From the NCBI GenBank assembly GCA_038870975.1, contig JAVZJD010000002.1:64001-128000 (forward strand): a stretch of DNA of 64,000 bases, in the 5' to 3' direction. Below are positions 58,592 through 64,000 of the stretch, one piece after another (positions within the stretch are counted from its first letter, which is position 1; each line of letters opens with the position of its first letter). The DNA is from Candidatus Bathyarchaeia archaeon (GTDB lineage: Archaea > Thermoproteota > CALKCG01 > B24). The position numbers and the translations under genes are program-made. The notes under the pieces were generated by a model. It did not search any database. It was given only the letters and a program-made list of their open reading frames with translations, and had not been told where the DNA came from.

Positions 58592-59742
58592 GCTTCCACA
58601 CCCTCTATGGATTCTTCAACTATTTTCTTAGCTTGGTCTACTTCATCTTTCGATAAATACTCGTAGAGTTTCCACGCCAGATCCACGTACTTACCATCGT
58701 CTAACTTCTGAGCGTGTAAATATTCGCCTATAAGCCTCCTCCTTAAATCTGTGGTGTCTTCTTCGTGAAGTCTTACCATTTGTACTTGCTGAACGGTTGT
58801 TAAGTCTTTAAAGAATACATTGTACTTCAACGTTCTATTTTTAAGTAGAGCATTGAGGCTGTTTAGAATCTGCCTAGTGTTTATATTTCTACCGCTCACG
58901 TATATGTGAAGTATGGGCATCTTCCCCCGAGCCAGATTTAAGTACTTAAACAGGGATTCTTGAAGGCTCTCCCTGGCTAAATCCAACTCGACTTCATACT
59001 GAGGTCTAACATCGAGGTCTATCTTATGTACCCTCGGGTCTTCTCCATCAAAATCTACTATGTAGAATCCTCTTCCGTCTTTAACCCACGATTTTACCTC
59101 ATCCCTCCTCATAATCTCTATCGCACCTGCGTATGCAAAGTATCCCTTCTCAAACTTCGCCAAAGCCCTTGAATGTATGTGTCCGAAGGCATAGTAGGAT
59201 GCTTTCTTAGGTAGATCGGCCTCTTTAAGCTCATATGCTCCTTCGAAGGGTAGGTATTTATCCACTCCCTGATGTGCTACGAGTATCCTCTTAGAGTAGC
59301 TGTCAGCCACTTGGTCGAATTTCTGGAGCTCCGTTTTAAGCAGTTCTACGCTTCTCCCACGGAGATTAGAAATCCCTGCGATTAATACTCCATCTACTTC
59401 TAACCACTCTAATTCCCCTACTCCTAAAACTTTAACTTCTTCAAATAGACTGTGCGGAGGTAGTCCACGCCTCTTTGGGAAATCATGGTCTCCGAGAACC
59501 GTTATGAGCTTCACTCTACCCTGGAGCTTCCTTAAATTCTCCTTGAAGTTTTTTAAAGCTTTTATCGGAGGAGTGGGGGAGTCGAAGAGGTCTCCAGAGT
59601 GTATGAGAACGTCAACACGCTCCTCAAGAATTCTCTCAACTACCTCGTTAAACACGTCGTATATGTCGTTTTCCCTTTCATCTAAGTTGTACTGTCTTCT
59701 TCCAAGATGTGTATCTGATACATGTGCAATCCTCAAAATCAA
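58588..59742 (-). CDS. mre11: Mre11 nuclease
   Basis: SDTHLG, GDLFD, GDHD, AHQ, GHIH, YAG. Confidence 0.95.
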   Translation of the reverse strand: MILRIAHVSDTHLGRRQYNLDERENDIYDVFNEVVERILEERVDVLIHSGDLFDSPTPPIKALKNFKENLRKLQGRVKLITVLGDHDFPKRRGLPPHSLFEEVKVLGVGELEWLEVDGVLIAGISNLRGRSVELLKTELQKFDQVADSYSKRILVAHQGVDKYLPFEGAYELKEADLPKKASYYAFGHIHSRALAKFEKGYFAYAGAIEIMRRDEVKSWVKDGRGFYIVDFDGEDPRVHKIDLDVRPQYEVELDLARESLQESLFKYLNLARGKMPILHIYVSGRNINTRQILNSLNALLKNRTLKYNVFFKDLTTVQQVQMVRLHEEDTTDLRRRLIGEYLHAQKLDDGKYVDLAWKLYEYLSKDEVDQAKKIVEESIEGVEA

Positions 59743-61331
59743 ACACCCTCAACGATACTTTTTATCAGCCTCCTCTCCCTATTCACTTTTTCAACTAGGG
59801 AGGTACTTTCATTTTCAGCCTCCTTAACAGCCATCTTAAGCCTACCGATTATATCGATGTCGGCACCACCTTCCACTGTTTCTCTAGTTCTAACCCTCAC
59901 CATGACAGGTGCCTTAGTGACTTCACCCACTACGATGGCCTCTCCTACGTTGAGCCCTGGGAGGTCTTTCAAAAGGTCTTCACTCATCCTTTCGGAGCTT
60001 TTTCTAACTGCGTCTTGATCTTCCGGATTTGTCATCCTGAGAATTATCTGACTGTTGCATTGGCTTAAAACGTCGGGGTCTATCTTATGCGGTCTTTGAG
60101 TGATCACCGTTAGAAAGAGGCCAAACTTCCTACCTTCAGCTGCGACCTTCTTTATGACGTTCTTCGATAAGGTCTTCTCTCTGTTGGGTATGAATCTATG
60201 TGCTTCCTCGATGAAGAGGAAAACTGGGTAGCTGTACTTTTGAGCTCTTACCACTTCGAAAGCATCGTTGAGGATTCTAAACGCCATGTAATCTGCGACT
60301 TCATCATCAAGGCCTGAAAGGTCAACCACCGATATATGTTGAGGCTTAAGCAGTCTATAGATGTCAGTAGTAACATCTCCGAAAACTCTTATCCTCTGTA
60401 GTCTTCTCACGTACTTTAAAGCGGCTAGAGAATGTTGATCTCCAGCCTTCTCAAGCCTATTTATGAGGTCGTCTAGTCTATAGTCTCCCTCTTCCTTGAG
60501 TTTGCCGAGCACTTTCCCGATGGCGTTAACTATATTGGTCCACGACTCGCTTATTCCGCAAACCGTTGTAATTTCATCTATTGATAGGTCTGAAAACTTT
60601 ACCTCATAAGTCTCTACTCTACCTATCTGCTCCTCACCATACCTTCCTATGCTTTCACGCGTTCTAAACACTGTGATTCTACTGGAGAATATTCCCCCTG
60701 CTCTCTTACGGGATATGAATACGTAATCTGCATGTGGATCTAAGACTATAATCGTCGCACCTTTTTTAAGCAGCTCTTCAAGTAAAACACCAGCTGCGTA
60801 GCTTTTACCAGCTCCAGTCTGTGCAAGTATGGCTAAATGTCTTCTAAAGCCCCTTATTGAGATGCTTACAGGGACATCGGACCTAGTTATCAAGTAGCCT
60901 ATATGTAGTCCTTCCTCAGGCGGGTAAGAGTAGAATTCGCTTAAAAGGTTTGAAGGGGCTCTATATACTACATTACCTGGGTGAATCGCCCTCCTAGGCT
61001 GTAAAACCTCTCCTTTCAATGCAAACCCGAGGACTCTCGCTTTAGCTATAAGCCTCCTATCTACGAGTTGAGCTTTTATCAGCCTCTCAGCAGCCTCAAG
61101 ATTGGGTTTGTTTTCAAGGTCTAAGGCTAAGCTTAACGACGTTATCTCGTATATTTGCGCTATTATCGGAACTTCGAATTCAAACCCATCGACAACCTCC
61201 CTAGATTTTACAACTACGTACTCCCATCTAGGTGGATGTTTATCCTCATCCGCTATGAAGTAGAATTGGGATGGACTTGCCTCTCCAATCACATAGCCTA
61301 AACGCTCCAACTGCTCATGGGAATCTGACAC
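59739..61331 (-). CDS. herA: HerA bipolar helicase/translocase
   Basis: HAS barrel, HLAILAQTGAGKS, DPH, EEAHRF, EGRKFG, TQRP, LSQCN. Confidence 0.94.
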   Translation of the reverse strand: MSDSHEQLERLGYVIGEASPSQFYFIADEDKHPPRWEYVVVKSREVVDGFEFEVPIIAQIYEITSLSLALDLENKPNLEAAERLIKAQLVDRRLIAKARVLGFALKGEVLQPRRAIHPGNVVYRAPSNLLSEFYSYPPEEGLHIGYLITRSDVPVSISIRGFRRHLAILAQTGAGKSYAAGVLLEELLKKGATIIVLDPHADYVFISRKRAGGIFSSRITVFRTRESIGRYGEEQIGRVETYEVKFSDLSIDEITTVCGISESWTNIVNAIGKVLGKLKEEGDYRLDDLINRLEKAGDQHSLAALKYVRRLQRIRVFGDVTTDIYRLLKPQHISVVDLSGLDDEVADYMAFRILNDAFEVVRAQKYSYPVFLFIEEAHRFIPNREKTLSKNVIKKVAAEGRKFGLFLTVITQRPHKIDPDVLSQCNSQIILRMTNPEDQDAVRKSSERMSEDLLKDLPGLNVGEAIVVGEVTKAPVMVRVRTRETVEGGADIDIIGRLKMAVKEAENESTSLVEKVNRERRLIKSIVEGV

Positions 61332-62598
61332 GTCTATACCCCCTTGGAGTAGCAGTTCTACCGACTATTTCTTCAAACTTGGGGAGGTATATACGTTCGA
61401 AAGTCTTTCTTCCGAGCTTTACTCTTCTGTGGACGGCTGTCAACCATATGTTGTAGTCTTCTAAGCCACCGTAACCTGCTGATATTAACCTCAAAACGTC
61501 GTCTATATCTACGTCAACAGCTTCGCTAAAATCGACTTCAGAGGTATTCTTCTCTATTCCAAAAACCCATGCTGGAGCATCCACCCTCATGGGCGTGTCA
61601 AAAATTGACGGAAGAACGTAGAATGAAACAACCGCTGGTAGTTTCGGTAGTTGTTCAATAACGTGCGACGCCCATTTGATGAAATCAGCATCCTCCGAAG
61701 ATATTGGATGGGTCAACTGTAGGTATTTCACAGGGTCTGTATCGATTAATCTATAGGCTTTTCTAGCCCCAGAGGGAGGGCTTAAAATTAAAGGCATACT
61801 GTGTCCAGGTTTTCTAGCATAGCTCATTATAATTAGGAAATCCGGCTTGAGAGTGGCATACTCTATTATAAACTCTCTAATGGGCATAGGAATTCTACCC
61901 AATATGCTACTAAGCCTCTTCCTATCTAAAGCCATGCTTAGATATTTTTCAACTTCCAATACGTTTAAATTAAACTCCTCAGCCAGTCTAAAGATTATAC
62001 TCCTCATTAAAAACTCTCTGAGGAATGAAGATCTACTCTCCTTACTCAACCCAATTATAGGGGCTCTTCTTTCTTTCGCAGTTTGGAAAAGTTTGATCAG
62101 TGTTTCAAAGTACTTTACCATGAAATCCCTACTGTACGCTGAGTCTACTTCGAGAGGGATGTGTGCTAAACGCCCATAGATGGAGCCATCTATGAGAATA
62201 TAGCCTTCAAAACCCTCTTTAAGCGCTTCTAAAACGACTCTATGCTCCAACCACTCCATCATTTTACCAACAACCGCTCTGTAATTTTCATCGGAGCTGT
62301 AGTCGAAACCCGTATGTACACTTCTGAATTTGACATTGGTATTCGACAGAGCGAGAGCTCTTACGACGTAGAAAATGCCGCCGTTAGACATAACGGTGTA
62401 CTGTAGGCTACCGTCTACTGCAAGAACTCTAAATTCATCGGATGAAGATTTTGGGAGTTCTTTAAACCTCCAATATTTTTCAAACTCCCCTCTAAGGTGA
62501 ATTGCGAGAGTGGATGAAGTTGGTTTAGAATAAGCTTCATCTATCCACACTTTCTTAACCGCAAGGTCCTGCATGTATAAGTCGAGGAATTCAGGCAC
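61315..62598 (-). CDS. nurA: NurA 5'-3' nuclease
   Basis: LAVDGS, LE, LIDGS, GLSKES, AVHRRVK; operon context. Confidence 0.9.
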   Translation of the reverse strand: MPEFLDLYMQDLAVKKVWIDEAYSKPTSSTLAIHLRGEFEKYWRFKELPKSSSDEFRVLAVDGSLQYTVMSNGGIFYVVRALALSNTNVKFRSVHTGFDYSSDENYRAVVGKMMEWLEHRVVLEALKEGFEGYILIDGSIYGRLAHIPLEVDSAYSRDFMVKYFETLIKLFQTAKERRAPIIGLSKESRSSFLREFLMRSIIFRLAEEFNLNVLEVEKYLSMALDRKRLSSILGRIPMPIREFIIEYATLKPDFLIIMSYARKPGHSMPLILSPPSGARKAYRLIDTDPVKYLQLTHPISSEDADFIKWASHVIEQLPKLPAVVSFYVLPSIFDTPMRVDAPAWVFGIEKNTSEVDFSEAVDVDIDDVLRLISAGYGGLEDYNIWLTAVHRRVKLGRKTFERIYLPKFEEIVGRTATPRGYRRVRFP

Positions 62599-62770
62599 AC
62601 CAGTTCACTGAGACTATTGTATTTTCAGGAGGCTATAAACTGTTATAACTGCTGAGAAGCTACTGTGTACACTTGTTAATAGCGGAATAATCATGGTATG
62701 TGTAAACTTACCCCATTCTAAGTGTTTCATTTAAAGTTTAGAGGTTTTACTTCAGCATTTAAGCATACGA

Positions 62771-63058
62771 CTACTTATGGATTCTTCCAATAATTCTCTC
62801 CACCTGCTCCGTTAACGAATTGAGTAAACGTATAGCTTCATCTACTCTTTTGATTTCTTCGGGTTTAGGTGGCTTTTCTATACCGCAGAAATACCTCCAG
62901 TATAAGTATTGAGCCAACGTTATTCTCCTCCTGAAAAGTCTATGAAGCATTATGTCGACGGTTCCCATGTACTTCCTACCTATGAAGCTTCCGGCAAACG
63001 CCATTCCAAGGAGATACCCGATTATAACAAACCCTATATTCTGCAATAACTCGATCAT
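62771..63058 (-). CDS. Hypothetical small membrane protein
   Basis: N-terminal TM, SD-like GAGG upstream. Confidence 0.6.
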   Translation of the reverse strand: MIELLQNIGFVIIGYLLGMAFAGSFIGRKYMGTVDIMLHRLFRRRITLAQYLYWRYFCGIEKPPKPEEIKRVDEAIRLLNSLTEQVERIIGRIHK

Positions 63059-63198
63059 ATCGCCTCAAATTTCAATCTAACACTGTCTCTTAGTTAAACG
63101 TTTACTGAGACATTGAAAATATGAAGAGGAACTAGGACCTATTCTTTAGATGGAATGTCATATTCTGTTTGGAAGCACTTATGATTGGATTGAGAGCT

Positions 63199-63430
63199 TC
63201 AGCTTTTAGGTAGAGCTTCTAGGCTTAAATATCCGCTAAATCTAACCTTGTAAAGATGATGAATTACATCCTTCCAGTCAATATTATCTAATCCAGGGGG
63301 AAGTCTATTGTTTTCAGCTATGTGTACGTGTCCTATACTGCGACCTGCTCTAAGTATGGCGTTGCATATACTTCTCTATTCTATGTTTATGTGGAATGTA
63401 TCCAGTAGGAGTTTGACGGTTAAATTAGGT
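63199..63430 (-). pseudogene. D-tagatose 3-epimerase-like sugar epimerase C-terminal fragment
   Basis: VKLLLDTFHINIE*RS...GHVHIAENNRLPPG...IDW...GYLSLE; in-frame TAG at 63376-63378. Confidence 0.8.
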
Positions 63431-63447
63431 ATCGAGGGTCGTCAAGA

Positions 63448-63670
63448 ATGCTGAACTATGGGGAGCGCTTTAGGAGGTACATGTCTTTCAAAGACGTGGA
63501 TAGACCTCCGTTTTATGAGTTTTTGGGTTTCTGGACGGAGACCATGAATAGATGAAGGGCGAAGGGCTTCCATCTGGGGTTGACGTTTACGATTACTTTG
63601 ACTTCGATAAACGTGAGACGGTCCCTATAGATTATAGGCCGATACCGAGGTTTGTACCCAAGACTTTAAA
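63448..63670 (+). pseudogene. URO-D superfamily N-terminal fragment
   Basis: MLNYGERFRRYMSFKDVDRPP...GFWTET.NR then frameshift into EGLP...YFDFD; truncated. Confidence 0.7.
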
Positions 63671-64000
63671 TGGGGTAAACTCTGTCTATCGGGCGTCGAT
63701 AAGACGGCATCCAGTTTTAGTAAAACCACTTCTCTATGCTCAAGCAGACTTATTAGCCACTTTCATCCAGGGATTCCATCGGAGACGGAAAGCTTCATTG
63801 GAAAAAGGATCAGTCATCATCTAATTTTACGTTATCTCTACCTATGCATCGCTCCTCTTAAATTAGACGCTTTTGCCGCATACACATTTAAGATATTCTT
63901 TAAGAGGCCATCATCAGTAATCCTTGCTTGAACTCAGCCATAAAGAATACCCGTAGACTTCAGACAACTAGCATTTAAAAATATTTAAAAAGTTAGAATC

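Noticed and set aside
55967-62598. HerA/NurA as an anti-phage defence system
   Set aside because: Co-operonic with mre11 and rad50; this is the standard archaeal DSB resection operon.
63376-63378. In-frame TAG as pyrrolysine or readthrough
   Set aside because: The gene is also truncated, so it is a pseudogene; no pyl genes are visible.
63552-63824. 90-aa + strand ORF
   Set aside because: Chimera of a frameshifted URO-D fragment and unrelated downstream sequence.
1-64000. Remaining short ORFs overlapping larger genes; CRISPR arrays, rRNA, intact transposases
   Set aside because: The short ORFs are antisense or alternate-frame shadows of well-supported genes. No regularly spaced repeats, rRNA or transposase motifs were seen by eye.

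Overview
Archaeal chromosomal window. The BRE/TATA promoters, BHB tRNA intron, tRNA-Ile2(CAU) and nurA-herA-mre11-rad50 operon mark it as archaeal; the sugar-enzyme and URO-D-family expansions suggest a thermophilic TACK lineage such as Bathyarchaeia (inference). Most of the window is carbohydrate catabolism: GH5, GH39-like, GH42, GH38, GH130, DUF4091/GH123-like, a large (alpha/alpha)6 hydrolase, CE7, fucose isomerase, dehydrogenases and amidohydrolases. It also carries glnA, nadX/nadC, a DtxR-regulated Mn/Zn ABC transporter with a visible tandem operator, a MoxR-VWA module, two tRNAs and several pseudogenes. Two features stand out. (1) A 434-aa protein fuses a putative DNA-binding beta domain and a Rad18/UBZ4-like CCHC zinc finger to a complete PCNA clamp, and ends 4 bp from rad50. 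(2) An unannotated 24-aa RGPP-motif micropeptide is transcribed divergently from an HTH gene through mirror-image promoters with two TTCTCAT-N17-ATGAGAA operators. All family assignments come from motif recognition by eye; no searches were run.
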